Assembly: GCA_963813335.1 (NCBI GenBank)
Contig: CAWEYL010000003.1
Coordinates: forward strand, 512,001 to 576,000
DNA length: 64,000 bases
Reading direction: 5' to 3'
Source of the DNA: an uncultured Chloroflexia bacterium
GTDB taxonomy: Bacteria; Chloroflexota; Limnocylindria; Limnocylindrales; CSP1-4
The notes under the pieces were generated by a model, which saw only the letters and a program-made list of their open reading frames with translations, was not told where the DNA came from and ran no database searches. Positions 41,955-52,377 of this stretch are shown here, one piece after another. The translations under genes were made by a program, and so were the position numbers. How positions within the stretch are numbered: position 1 is the first letter of the stretch; every line of letters begins with the position of its first letter.

Positions 41955-42497
41955 TCACGCCTCGAGCGCGTCCCGAAGCCAGTCCCAAAGGTAGCGCACG
42001 AACGAGGGCCGGACGAGCACCCGGTACACGGGCTCCGGGGCGTCGGCGACGTGCCACAGCACGACGTTGGCGCGCGCAAGCAGGGTCTGCGCGCAACCGC
42101 CCGGCCGCAGCCCGCGCTCGAGGTCGAGCGCGCAGCCGGACGCGAGCAGGTCCGCGGCCCCGGACCCGGCGATCTCGATGCCGACCCGGTTCGCGGAGAC
42201 GTCCACGGTCGTCAGGAAGGCGTCCCCGGCTGCGGCCCGGAGGGCGGTCTCGATGGCGGGCGCGGTCCCGGCCGGGGCGCCCTCCCGCCCGACGACCAGC
42301 CACTCGTCGGGGCCGAGCCAGAGGACGTGTCCCTCGCCGTCGGTCGCGGCGGTCACGGTGTTCGGGGCGGTCGGCGGCCGGGCCGCGAGCGCCTCGCCGA
42401 TCCGTCCCAGGAGCGCGGCATCCGACGGGTCGGCGCGCATCGAGACCTGCGGGATCGGACCCAGCTCGCGGATCGTCACGTCGGTGTGCGCGGTCAT
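41955..42497 (-). CDS. soxG: Sarcosine oxidase gamma subunit
   Basis: WLGPDEWL and VRPSF motifs; operon position. Confidence 0.88.
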   Translation of the reverse strand: MTAHTDVTIRELGPIPQVSMRADPSDAALLGRIGEALAARPPTAPNTVTAATDGEGHVLWLGPDEWLVVGREGAPAGTAPAIETALRAAAGDAFLTTVDVSANRVGIEIAGSGAADLLASGCALDLERGLRPGGCAQTLLARANVVLWHVADAPEPVYRVLVRPSFVRYLWDWLRDALEA

Positions 42498-45111
42498 GTG
42501 GCGGGCTCCCCGTCGCGGCGGCGGTTCTCCGGGTCGAACAGCACGGACTCGGCGATCGTGGCCTCGACCACGCCGTCCGCGAGCGGGGCCAGCACGTGCT
42601 CGCCGACGCGGTCGCGCCCGCCCTTCACGAGCGCCAGCGCGAAGGTCCGACCGAGCGCCACGCTCCGGTACGACGAGGTGACGTGCCCCAGCATCGGCAC
42701 CGGGAGCCGCCCCATGTCGGTATCACGGGCGACGAGCTGTGCGCCTTCGGGGAGGAGCGCATCGGGATCGACCGGCAGCAGCCCGACGAGCTGCTTCCGG
42801 TCCGGCCGCACGCTGTCGGGCCTCCGGTGCGAGCGCCGCCCGATGAAGTCCTTCTTCGTCGACACGAGCGCGCCCAGGCCAAGGTCCTGCGGGGTCACCG
42901 TCCCGTCCGTCTCCTGGCCGATGATCGGATACCCCTTCTCGGCGCGGAGGACGTGCATCGTCTCGGTGCCGTAGGGCGTGATCCGGAGCGGCGCACCGGC
43001 CGCCATGACCGCCTCCCAGAGCGCGAGACCGTCCGACGACGGCACGTTGAGCTCGTACGCCAGCTCCCCGGAGAACGAGATCCGGAAGACGCGCCCGGCG
43101 ATCCCCGCGATGACGGCGTCGCGCCAGGTCATGAACGGGAAGGCCTCGATGCCGACGTCGAGCGCCGGCGCCAGCGCTGCGACGACCTCGCACGACCGCG
43201 GCCCGACTACGGCGACCGTCGCCCACTGCTCGGTGACGCTGGTCGCGCGGACCCGCAGATCCGGCCACTCGGTCTGGAGGAACTCCTCGAGGTGGTCGAG
43301 GACCGGGGCCGCGTTGCCCGTCGTGGTCGTCATGTGGAAGCGGTCCTCGGCGAGCCGCGAGGTCACGCCGTCGTCGAAGACCATCCCGTCGAGCCGGCAC
43401 ATGACGCCGTACCGGCACGCCCCGACCTTCAGCGTCGAGAACGTGTTCGTGTAGACGCGGTCGAGGAAGACGCCCGCGTCCGGCCCCTGGAGATCGATCT
43501 TGCCGAGCGTCGTGGCGTCCATGATGGCGACCCCGGTCCGCGCAGCCGCGCACTCGCGCAGGACTGCCGCTTCCATCGATTCGCCGTCGCGCGGGAAGTA
43601 GCGCGGCCGCTTCCACTGGCCGACGTCCTCGAAGACGGCGCCGTTCGCGACATGCCAATCGTGGATGGGCGTGACCCGGACCGGGTCGAGCAGGTCGCCG
43701 CGGTCGCGGCCGGCGAGCTGGGCGAAGCTGACCGGGACGACCGGCGGGCGGTAGGTCGGGACGCCGACCGCCCCGACCTCCTGGCCGAGGATCGCCGCCG
43801 CGATGGCCGAGGCGACGACGCCCGAGGTCTTGCCCTGGTCCGCCGCGGTGCCGATGGTCGTGTAGCGCTTGACGTGCTCGATCGAGGTCAGCCCGGCGCC
43901 GAGCGCCCGGCGCACGTCGCGCGCGGTCGCATCCCGCTGGAGGTCGACGTAGTGGGTCGCCCAGGCGTCCTCGTCGGGGTCGTCGCCTGGCGGTGGGACG
44001 ATCCAGAGCGGCGCGACCGCGCCGAGCGCCCGTCGATGTCGCCGGCGGCCGCGCCGACTGCGGCCATCCGACCGTGCGGCCCGGGCTTGTCCGGCACGAA
44101 CGCCGCGATCCGCTCGTCGAAGCGGAGCGTGCCGCGGGCCTGGCTCCACAGCGCCACGTTGGGGTTCCAGCCGCCTGACACGAGGAGCAGGTCCGCCTCG
44201 ACGGTCTCGGAACGGCCGTCCGCCCAGGCGATCGCCACGGATAACAGACGACCGGCTTCGTCGCCGCCGGTGCCGACCACGCGGTCGCCCTGCCGGGCAT
44301 CGACCTCGGCGACGATGGTCGTCCCGGCCGCGCGCAGGGCGTCGAGCACCGCGTCCGTCGTGCCGTTGTTCGTGAAGACCGCGGCCCGGTCGCCAGGACG
44401 GACCCCGTACCGCTCGACGTACGTCGCGGCCGCGCTCGCCAGCATGATCCCCGGCCGGTCGTCGTCGGCGAAGACGATCGGCCGCTCCGTGGCGCCCGTC
44501 GCGATCACGATGCGGCCGGCCCGGATGTGCCACAGTCGGCCCTCGGTCCGCGCGGTCGGGCGCCGCTGGACGGCGGTCACGTAGCCGTGGTCGTAGATCC
44601 CGAGCGCCGTCGTGTCGGTGAGGACCCCCTCGCGCGCGACCGGATCCGCATCGACGACCAGCACCCGCGCATCCGGCTCGGCAGCGCGTGCGTCCGCGGC
44701 CGCCGCCATCCCCGACGCCCCGGCCCCGATGACGAGCGCCTCGACGTGCGCGTACCGCTTGTCGAACCGGACGTCGTCGCGTTGGTCGACCAGCCGGCCC
44801 TTCCCCGCCAGCGGCCACGCTCGCATCCCCTCCTCGAGCGGCAGGGTCGTGGCGCGCACCATCGGCTCGGACACGCCATCGGCGCGCTCGACCTGGACGA
44901 GCGCGTTCGGCTCCTCGTGGCCGGCGGTCATCACGCCGCGGGGCCGGTCGTCGTAGATGCTCCGCGCGACGACATCGACGCCGTTCGCCAGCAGCGCCGA
45001 CGCGAGCGTGTCGCCGGCGAACCCGGTCATCGGGTGCCCGTCGAACTCAAAGCTGATCGGCCGCTCCCGGTCGATCCGGTCGCCGCCAGCCGGCAGGCGC
45101 CGCCCGCTCAT
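42494..45111 (-). CDS. soxA: Sarcosine oxidase alpha subunit (frameshift near 44030)
   Basis: [42 protein letters not shown] and GcvT domain. Confidence 0.92.
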
Positions 45112-45350
45112 CCGAGGATCTCGTTGGTCAGCGTGTCGCGGGTCACGTCGAACCAGCGCCGACAACCGGCCGTGTGGACCCAGCGCTCGCGCCACGCGCC
45201 CTTCGGGTTGTCGCGCATGAACAGGTAGTCGGCCCACTCGGCGTCGGTCAGCGCGTCGGGATCGGCCGGGTAGGCGATGCCCGCCTGGCCGCCGTAGCGG
45301 AACTCGGTCTCGTCGCGCGGCCCGCACCACGGGCAGGGGATCGACAGCAT
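45108..45350 (-). CDS. soxD: Sarcosine oxidase delta subunit
   Basis: CPWCGPRDETEF...HTAGCRRWF zinc motif. Confidence 0.92.
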   Translation of the reverse strand: MLSIPCPWCGPRDETEFRYGGQAGIAYPADPDALTDAEWADYLFMRDNPKGAWRERWVHTAGCRRWFDVTRDTLTNEILG

Positions 45351-46591
45351 CAGTGGGCGACGGCGGCGGCGCCGTGCTCGTCGATCAGGGCGCCGGTCGT
45401 GAAGCGGTCCAGCGCGAACGGCCGATTGAGCTCGTGCGGGGCATCGTGCGCGACCGTGTGGGCCAGCACCCAGCCGGACGCCGGCGTGGCCTTGAACCCG
45501 CCGGTCCCCCAGCCGCAGTCGAGGTACAGCCCGCCGACCGGCGTCAGCCCGATGATCGGCGAGGCGTCGGGTGACACGTCCACGATCCCGCCCCACGTCC
45601 GCAGCACGTGCGCGCGCGCGAACATCGGGAAGAGCTCGAGGGCAGCGGCCATCTGGTGCTCGATGATGTGGAAGGCGCCGCGCTGGTCGTAGCCGTTGTA
45701 GCCGTCGATGCCGGCGCCGAGCACCAGCTCGCCCTTGTGCGCCTGGCTGACGTAGACGTGGACGGCGTTCGACATGACCACGACCGGGTGGACCGGCTCG
45801 AGCAGCTCGGAGACCAGCGCCTGGAGCGGGTGGCTCTGGAGCGGCAGGCGGATCCCGGCCATCGCCGCGACGACCGACGCGTGACCGGCGGCGACGATCG
45901 CGACCTTGCCGGCGGCGATGCGGCCGCGCGAGGTCTGGACGCCGGTGACCCGGCCGTGCTCGATGTCGATGGCGGTCACCTCGGCGCCCTCGATGAGGTC
46001 GACGCCGAGCGCGTCGGCGGCCCGGGCGTACCCCCACGCGACGTGGTCGTGCTTGGCGATGCCGCCACGTGGCTGCCACGTCGCGCCGAGGACCGGGTAG
46101 CGCACGTCGTCGGCGACGTTGACGATCGGGCAGAGGCGCTTGACGTCGTCGGGTGTCAGCCACTCGGCGTCCACCCCGTTGAGCCGGTTCGCGTGGACTC
46201 GCCGCTGGCCCTCGCGTACGTCGCCCAGGTTGTGGGCGAGGTTCATCACGCCGCGCTGGCTGAAGAGGAGGTCGTAGTCGAGCTCCTCGGGGAGCGTCTC
46301 CCACAGCTTTAGCGCGTGCTCGTAGATGGCCGCGCTCTCGTCCCACAGGTAGTTGCTGCGGATGATCGCGGTGTTCCGGGCGATGTTCCCGCCGGCCAGC
46401 CAGCCGCGCTCGACCACCGCCACGTTCGCGATCCCGTGGTTCTTCGCGAGGTAGTACGCGGCGGCCAGCCCGTGCCCGCCGCCGCCGATGATCACGACGT
46501 CGTAGGCGGGCTTCGGGTCGGGGTGCCGCCACAGTCTGTCCGGGTGCGGGGACGGGTGACGGTCGGTGCCGCCGGTGCGGGTCGGGTCCAC
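45350..46591 (-). CDS. soxB: Sarcosine oxidase beta subunit
   Basis: [27 protein letters not shown] and C-terminal GAAAVAH. Confidence 0.95.
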   Translation of the reverse strand: MDPTRTGGTDRHPSPHPDRLWRHPDPKPAYDVVIIGGGGHGLAAAYYLAKNHGIANVAVVERGWLAGGNIARNTAIIRSNYLWDESAAIYEHALKLWETLPEELDYDLLFSQRGVMNLAHNLGDVREGQRRVHANRLNGVDAEWLTPDDVKRLCPIVNVADDVRYPVLGATWQPRGGIAKHDHVAWGYARAADALGVDLIEGAEVTAIDIEHGRVTGVQTSRGRIAAGKVAIVAAGHASVVAAMAGIRLPLQSHPLQALVSELLEPVHPVVVMSNAVHVYVSQAHKGELVLGAGIDGYNGYDQRGAFHIIEHQMAAALELFPMFARAHVLRTWGGIVDVSPDASPIIGLTPVGGLYLDCGWGTGGFKATPASGWVLAHTVAHDAPHELNRPFALDRFTTGALIDEHGAAAVAH

Positions 46592-46724
46592 CCTCGAAGG
46601 GTAGCGCGGCGGTCGGGCCGGATGGACCTCGGGCCGACCTGACAGGCGGTCCGCCGCCTTGACGACGGCCGCGCCACCCCCGACCCTAGCGGCCCAGCCA
46701 GCGACGATCGAGTGAGGGATCCCG

Positions 46725-48194
46725 TTGCCGGACCTGTACATCGACGGCGCGTGGGTCGCCTCGGGCGACCGCACGTGCAGCCCCGTGATCAATCCGTCGG
46801 ACGGCTCGGTCGTGACCGAGGTGGACGTCGCGACCGACGACCAGGTCCAGGCCGCCATCGCCGCCGCCCGCCGCGCCTTCGACCACGGCGAGTGGCCGCG
46901 CACCCCGGCCGCCGACCGCGCCGCCGTCCTCACCCGCGTCGCCGAGCTGATCGACCGCGACCTCGAGGCGATCGCCCGCGAGGAAACGCTCCAGACCGGC
47001 AAGGCCATGCGCGAGAGCCGCTGGGACATCGCCGATGTCGCCCGCTGCTTCCGCTACTACGCCGGCCTCGCGTCCGACGACGACGATCGCATCGTCGATC
47101 AGGACAACCCTGACGTCCGCTCGCGGATCGTCCACGAGCCGGTCGGCGTCTGCGCGTTGATCGCCCCATGGAACTACCCGCTGCTGCAGCTCTCCTGGAA
47201 GATCGCGCCGGCGCTGGCCGCCGGAAACACCGCGGTGATGAAGCCCGCGTCGGTCACGCCGCTCACCGCCATCCACCTCACCCGCCTGCTCGCCGAGGCC
47301 GGCGTCCCGGCCGGCGTCGTCAACCTCGTGCTGGGGCCGGGCGGCCGGGTCGGGCAGGCGCTCGCGGACAGCCCGGACGTGGACCTCGTCTCGCTGACCG
47401 GCGGCATCGAGGCGGGTCGGGCACTCATGCGCGGCGCGGCCGGCAACATGAAGAAGGTCGCCCTGGAGCTCGGCGGCAAGAGCCCCAACATCGTCTTCGC
47501 CGACGCCGACTTCGAGACCGCCGTGGACAACGCCCTGACCGCCGCATTCACCCATTCCGGGCAGGTCTGCTCGGCCGGCTGCCGGGCGATCGTCCAGGAC
47601 GAGATCTACGACCGGTTCGTGGCCGAGGTCGGCCGCCGCGCCGACCTGATCCACCTCGGCGTCGGCCTCGACGACGCCACAGAGGCCGGCGCGCTGATCA
47701 CCGCCGAGCACCGGGCCAGGGTGGAGGGCTACGTCGCCTCGGCGCTCGAGGAGGGCGCCCGGCTCGTCGCCGGCGGCCGGCGCCCGTCGGAGCCCGAGCT
47801 GCAGACCGGCTTCTTCTACCGCCCGACGGTCTTCGCCGACGTCGACCGCGGCATGCGCATCATCCGCGAGGAGGTCTTCGGGCCGGTCCTGACCATCGAG
47901 CGGTTCACGACCGAGGATGAGGCGATCGAGCTGGGTAACGACACCACCTACGGCCTCGCCGGCGCGGTCTGGACGGCCGATCCCGAGCGCGCGCAGCGGG
48001 TCGCCGCCCGGCTCCGCCACGGCACGGTCTGGATCAACGACTACAACACCTACCTGCCCGAGGCCGAATGGGGCGGCTTCAAGCAGTCGGGCATCGGGCG
48101 GGAACTTGGCCCCGGCGGTCTGGACGAGTACCGTGAGGCCAAGCACATCTGGCAGAACTCGGCACCCGGTCCCACAGGCTGGTTCGGCGGCTGA
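46725..48194 (+). CDS. betB: Betaine-aldehyde dehydrogenase-like ALDH
   Basis: PWNYP, LELGGK, GQVCSAG and EEVFGP motifs; adjacent to a betaine transporter. Confidence 0.8.
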   Translation: MPDLYIDGAWVASGDRTCSPVINPSDGSVVTEVDVATDDQVQAAIAAARRAFDHGEWPRTPAADRAAVLTRVAELIDRDLEAIAREETLQTGKAMRESRWDIADVARCFRYYAGLASDDDDRIVDQDNPDVRSRIVHEPVGVCALIAPWNYPLLQLSWKIAPALAAGNTAVMKPASVTPLTAIHLTRLLAEAGVPAGVVNLVLGPGGRVGQALADSPDVDLVSLTGGIEAGRALMRGAAGNMKKVALELGGKSPNIVFADADFETAVDNALTAAFTHSGQVCSAGCRAIVQDEIYDRFVAEVGRRADLIHLGVGLDDATEAGALITAEHRARVEGYVASALEEGARLVAGGRRPSEPELQTGFFYRPTVFADVDRGMRIIREEVFGPVLTIERFTTEDEAIELGNDTTYGLAGAVWTADPERAQRVAARLRHGTVWINDYNTYLPEAEWGGFKQSGIGRELGPGGLDEYREAKHIWQNSAPGPTGWFGG

Positions 48195-48236
48195 CGTCGG
48201 GCGGCCATCGCGTTCGTACGGAGGGTCAGCGCGACG

Positions 48237-49295
48237 ATGACGGAGCCGACGCCAGCGGGGGCAGCCGGCGGGCTGACCGTCCGCGACCTGTGGAAGGTCT
48301 TCGGCCCGGCGGAGGCGAAGATCGCGAAGGGCGCGAGCACGCCGCCGGACGCCGAGGCCATCGAGGCGGCGGTGACCGCCCAGGGCGGCACCATCGCGGT
48401 CCGCGATGTCTCGTTCGACGTCAAGCCGGGCGAGGTGTTCGTGGTCATGGGCCTGTCGGGCAGCGGCAAGTCCACGCTCGTCCGCTGCCTGACCCGCCTG
48501 ATCGAGCCGACGCTCGGCACGGTCGACCTCGACGGCGAGGACATCCTGGCCGCCAGCCCGGCCCGCCTGCGCGAGCTGCGACGCAAGAAGTTCTCGATGG
48601 TCTTCCAGCACTTCGGACTGTTGCCGCATCGACCGGTCCTCGACAACATCGCCTTCGGGCTGGAGCTGCGCGGCGAGCCGAAGGCGACGCGCCTCGAGCG
48701 CGCCCGCTCGATGCTGGGGCTGGTCGGCCTCGACGGCATGGCCGACCGCTACCCGGAGGAGCTGTCCGGCGGCCAGCAGCAGCGGGTCGGCCTGGCCCGC
48801 GCGCTCGCCGGCGACCCGGAGGTGATGCTGCTCGACGAGCCGTTCAGCGCCCTCGACCCGCTGATCCGACGGGACATGCAGAGCGAGATCCTGCGGCTGC
48901 ACCACGAGCTGGGCAAGACCATGGTCTTCATCACCCATGACCTGGCCGAGGCGCTCAAGTTGGGCGACCACGTGATGATCATGCGGGCCGGCCAGATCGT
49001 GCAGATCGGCCGTCCGGAGGAGCTCGTCGCCCGCCCGGCCGACGACTACGTCAAGGACTTCGTGCGCGACATCCCGAAGTCGCACGTCCTGACCCTGCGC
49101 TGGGTGATGCGCGACGCCACCCCCGACGACGTCCTCGACGGCCCGGTCTTCACCTCCGACACCGTCATCCGCTCGGCGGTCCACGCCGTGGCCGCGAGCG
49201 AGCGGCCGATCCGCGTGGTCGATGACGGGAAGCTCGTCGGCGTGGTCGACCGTGCCCATGTCCTCGAGGCCATCGCCGGCGGTGACGCCGCGTGA
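48237..49295 (+). CDS. proV: Glycine betaine/proline ABC ATPase
   Basis: [15 protein letters not shown] and [12 protein letters not shown] motifs. Confidence 0.9.
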   Translation: MTEPTPAGAAGGLTVRDLWKVFGPAEAKIAKGASTPPDAEAIEAAVTAQGGTIAVRDVSFDVKPGEVFVVMGLSGSGKSTLVRCLTRLIEPTLGTVDLDGEDILAASPARLRELRRKKFSMVFQHFGLLPHRPVLDNIAFGLELRGEPKATRLERARSMLGLVGLDGMADRYPEELSGGQQQRVGLARALAGDPEVMLLDEPFSALDPLIRRDMQSEILRLHHELGKTMVFITHDLAEALKLGDHVMIMRAGQIVQIGRPEELVARPADDYVKDFVRDIPKSHVLTLRWVMRDATPDDVLDGPVFTSDTVIRSAVHAVAASERPIRVVDDGKLVGVVDRAHVLEAIAGGDAA

Positions 49296-51220
49296 CCACG
49301 GTCCGCTGGGGGGAGACCACCCTTCCGAACCCCGCGAGCTCGAAGAAGGCGCTGTTGGCCGTGCTCGGCCTGGCCGCCGTCGTGGCGTACTTGCTGTTCA
49401 ACGGCCAGTGGACCCTCCCCCACGACGACGACGCGGACATCTTCCGCTGGCTCAACGGGATCAAGGACGTGATCGCGGAGAACCGCCAGATCCTCGACCC
49501 GGTCCGGATCGGCGTGACGTCGCTCGTCGACCTCTTCGACGAGGTCCTCGCGTCGCTCGGCTGGCCCGGCGTCATCGGCCTGGTCAGCGCCCTCGGCCTG
49601 CTGTTCGGCGGCTGGCGCCTGGCGCTGCTCGCGGGCCTCGGCTTCGCCTCCCTCGGCGTGCTCGGCCTCTGGGACGAGAGCATGGCGACCCTCTCCGTCG
49701 TGCTCGCCGCAGTCCTGATCGCGCTGGCGATCGGCCTGCCCCTCGGGATCGCCGCCGGCCGCAGCAACCGTCTTAACGCGCTGCTGTCGCCGATCCTCGA
49801 CGTCATGCAGATCATGCCGACCCTGGCGTACCTGACGCCGATGACGCTGCTGTTCCTGATCGGCTCGCCGTCGGCGACGGTGGCGACCCTGATCTACGCC
49901 TTGCCGGCGGCCATCCGCATCACCACCCTGGGGATCCGCGGGGTCCCGCGCGACACCGTCGAGGCGGCCTCTGCGTTCGGGGCCACCGGGATGCAGCGGC
50001 TGCGCAAGGTCGAGCTGCCGCTCGCCCGCCGGGCGATCGCGCTCGGGATCAACCAGACCATCATGCTGAGCCTCTCGATGGTGGTCATCGCCGGCCTCAT
50101 CGGCGCCCCGGGGCTCGCGCGGAACATCGTGATCGCCCTCTCCAAGGTCGATGTCGGCACGGCCTTCGATGCGGGGCTCGCGATCGTCATCCTGGCGATC
50201 GTCCTCGACCGCCTGACGCACGCCGCCGGTGAGTGGCTCTCGCCTCGCGCCCGGATCGCCCGCCGTCGGAGCGGCCGGCCGGGCTGGCAGCGTCTGGTCG
50301 GACCCGCCATCCTCCTCGCGGCCGGGCTCATCGCCCCGGCACTCGTCGATGCGACGTCGTTCCCCGACACCGTCCAGGTGTCGCTGGCCGACCCTGTCAA
50401 TGCGGCGGTCGACTGGATCACGTCGACCTTCTCGTTCGCGACCATCGGACTCCAGAATGTCGTGACCAACGTCGTCCTGAACCCGATCGAGAGCGTGCTC
50501 ACGTCGTCGCCCTGGTGGCTGGTCGTCGCCATCGCCGTCATCGCGGCCTGGGCGATCTCGGGGAGCCGGGCCGCGTTGATCTCGGCGATCTGCCTCGGGC
50601 TGATCGTCGTCCTCAACCTCTGGAATCACTCGATGGTGACCCTGGCGAACGTGGTGGTGGCGACGGTGCTGACCCTGGTCATCGGGATCGCCCTCGGGAT
50701 CACCACGGCGCGCAACGCCCGCGTGCGGCGCGTCCTGCAACCGCTGCTCGACGCTGCGCAGACGCTCCCGGCCTTCGTCTACCTGATCCCGGCCCTGGCG
50801 CTGTTCGCGCCGTCCCGGTTCACCGCGATCGTCGCGGCGGTCATCTTCGCGGTGCCGCCGGTGATCCGCCTCGTCGAGGTCGGGATCATGTCGGTCCCGA
50901 CCGACGCCGTCGAGGCAGCGGCCTCGTCGGGCGCCACTGACCGACAGATGCTGTTCAAGGTGCAGCTGCCGATGTCGCGGAAGACCCTGCTGCTCGCGAC
51001 CAACCAGGGCATCGTGATGGTCCTGTCGATGGTGGTCATCGGCGCATTGGTGGGCGCCGGCGCGCTAGGCTACGACGTCATCACGGGCTTCTCCCGTGGC
51101 GAGCAGTTCGGGAAGGGACTCGCGGCGGGCGTCGCGATCGTGCTGCTCGGGATCATGCTCGATCGGATCACCCAGGGAGCCGGCGGCCGACGACGGTCCG
51201 CGGCAGCGAGGGCCGGCTAG
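49292..51220 (+). CDS. proW: Glycine betaine ABC permease with two fused ProW domains
   Basis: Duplicated EAA / NQTIM(NQGIV) / GAPGL(GAGAL) modules. Confidence 0.88.
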   Translation: MTTVRWGETTLPNPASSKKALLAVLGLAAVVAYLLFNGQWTLPHDDDADIFRWLNGIKDVIAENRQILDPVRIGVTSLVDLFDEVLASLGWPGVIGLVSALGLLFGGWRLALLAGLGFASLGVLGLWDESMATLSVVLAAVLIALAIGLPLGIAAGRSNRLNALLSPILDVMQIMPTLAYLTPMTLLFLIGSPSATVATLIYALPAAIRITTLGIRGVPRDTVEAASAFGATGMQRLRKVELPLARRAIALGINQTIMLSLSMVVIAGLIGAPGLARNIVIALSKVDVGTAFDAGLAIVILAIVLDRLTHAAGEWLSPRARIARRRSGRPGWQRLVGPAILLAAGLIAPALVDATSFPDTVQVSLADPVNAAVDWITSTFSFATIGLQNVVTNVVLNPIESVLTSSPWWLVVAIAVIAAWAISGSRAALISAICLGLIVVLNLWNHSMVTLANVVVATVLTLVIGIALGITTARNARVRRVLQPLLDAAQTLPAFVYLIPALALFAPSRFTAIVAAVIFAVPPVIRLVEVGIMSVPTDAVEAAASSGATDRQMLFKVQLPMSRKTLLLATNQGIVMVLSMVVIGALVGAGALGYDVITGFSRGEQFGKGLAAGVAIVLLGIMLDRITQGAGGRRRSAAARAG

Positions 51221-51249
51221 ACCGGCCGCAGGAGGAGGAGCACACGAAG

Positions 51250-52302
51250 ATGCGAGAGCACCGGATCGGCCGCTGGCTCAGCGGCGTGGCGATCGTCGCG
51301 ATCGTCGTCACCGGATGCGCGAAGAGCTCGGGTGCCTCGGCGCCCGCGCCGACCGTCGCGCAGGCGAGCGCGACAGCGGCGGCGTCGGCCGCAGGATCCG
51401 CCGCCCCCAGCACCAGTGCCGCCCCCGCCGCCGCCACCTGCAAGGGCAGCGGCGACAAGGGCAACGTCCAGTTGATGATCAACGAGTGGGTCGGCGCCGA
51501 GGCCAACGTCGCCGTGGCCCAGTGCCTGCTCCAGCAGATGGGCTACAAGGTCAAGACCGACACGCTGGCCGAGGAGATCGCCTGGCAGGGCTTCGACACC
51601 GGCCAGGTCGACGTGATCCTCGAGAACTGGGGCCATCCCGAGCTCGAGAAGCATTACATCGCCGACACCAAGCTCGCCACGGACGCCGGGCCCAACGGCG
51701 TGACCGGGATCATCGGCTGGTACGTCCCCGGCTGGATGGTCGAGAAGTACCCGGACATCACCGACTGGAACAACCTCAACAAGTACGCCGACATGTTCAA
51801 GACCCCCGAGTCGGGCGGCAAGGGCCAGTTCCTGGGCGCCAACCCGACCTTCGTGCAGTACGACGAGGCGCTCATCGCCAACCTCAAGCTGAACTACAAG
51901 GTCATCTTCTCGGGCAGCGAGGCAGCGACCATCACCGCCTTCCAGGCGGCCGACAAGAACAAGACCCCGTTGCTGGGGTACTTCTACGACCCGCAGTGGC
52001 TGCTGAACGAGATCAAGCTCGTCCAGGTCAAGCTGCCGCCGTATACCGCGGGCTGCGACGCCGACCTCAAGAAGGTGGCCTGCGATTACCCGCCGTACAT
52101 CCTCAACAAGATCGTCCGCACCGAGTTCATCTCCAAGAACCCGGACGCGGCGGCCTTCATCAAGAACTTCAAGTGGTCCAACGCCGACCAGAACGAGGTC
52201 GCCGACTCGATCACCACCAAGAAGATGTCCGACGAGGACGCCGCCAAGGCGTGGATCGACGCCCACCCGGACGTGTGGCAGGCGTGGATGCCCACCTCCT
52301 AG
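51250..52302 (+). CDS. proX: Glycine betaine ABC substrate-binding lipoprotein
   Basis: Lipobox VTGC, ENW, GWYVP and YFYDPQW motifs. Confidence 0.88.
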   Translation: MREHRIGRWLSGVAIVAIVVTGCAKSSGASAPAPTVAQASATAAASAAGSAAPSTSAAPAAATCKGSGDKGNVQLMINEWVGAEANVAVAQCLLQQMGYKVKTDTLAEEIAWQGFDTGQVDVILENWGHPELEKHYIADTKLATDAGPNGVTGIIGWYVPGWMVEKYPDITDWNNLNKYADMFKTPESGGKGQFLGANPTFVQYDEALIANLKLNYKVIFSGSEAATITAFQAADKNKTPLLGYFYDPQWLLNEIKLVQVKLPPYTAGCDADLKKVACDYPPYILNKIVRTEFISKNPDAAAFIKNFKWSNADQNEVADSITTKKMSDEDAAKAWIDAHPDVWQAWMPTS

Positions 52303-52316
52303 GCCGAGGCTGATCC

Positions 52317-52349
52317 CGATGCCGGCGTCCCACCGGGGCGCCGGCATCG
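52317..52349 (+). terminator. Hairpin after the SBP gene
   Basis: CGATGCCGGCGTCCC-ACC-GGGGCGCCGGCATCG then TCGTTT. Confidence 0.55.
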
Positions 52350-52377
52350 TCGTTTCCGCGCGAGATCGGGAGACCCC

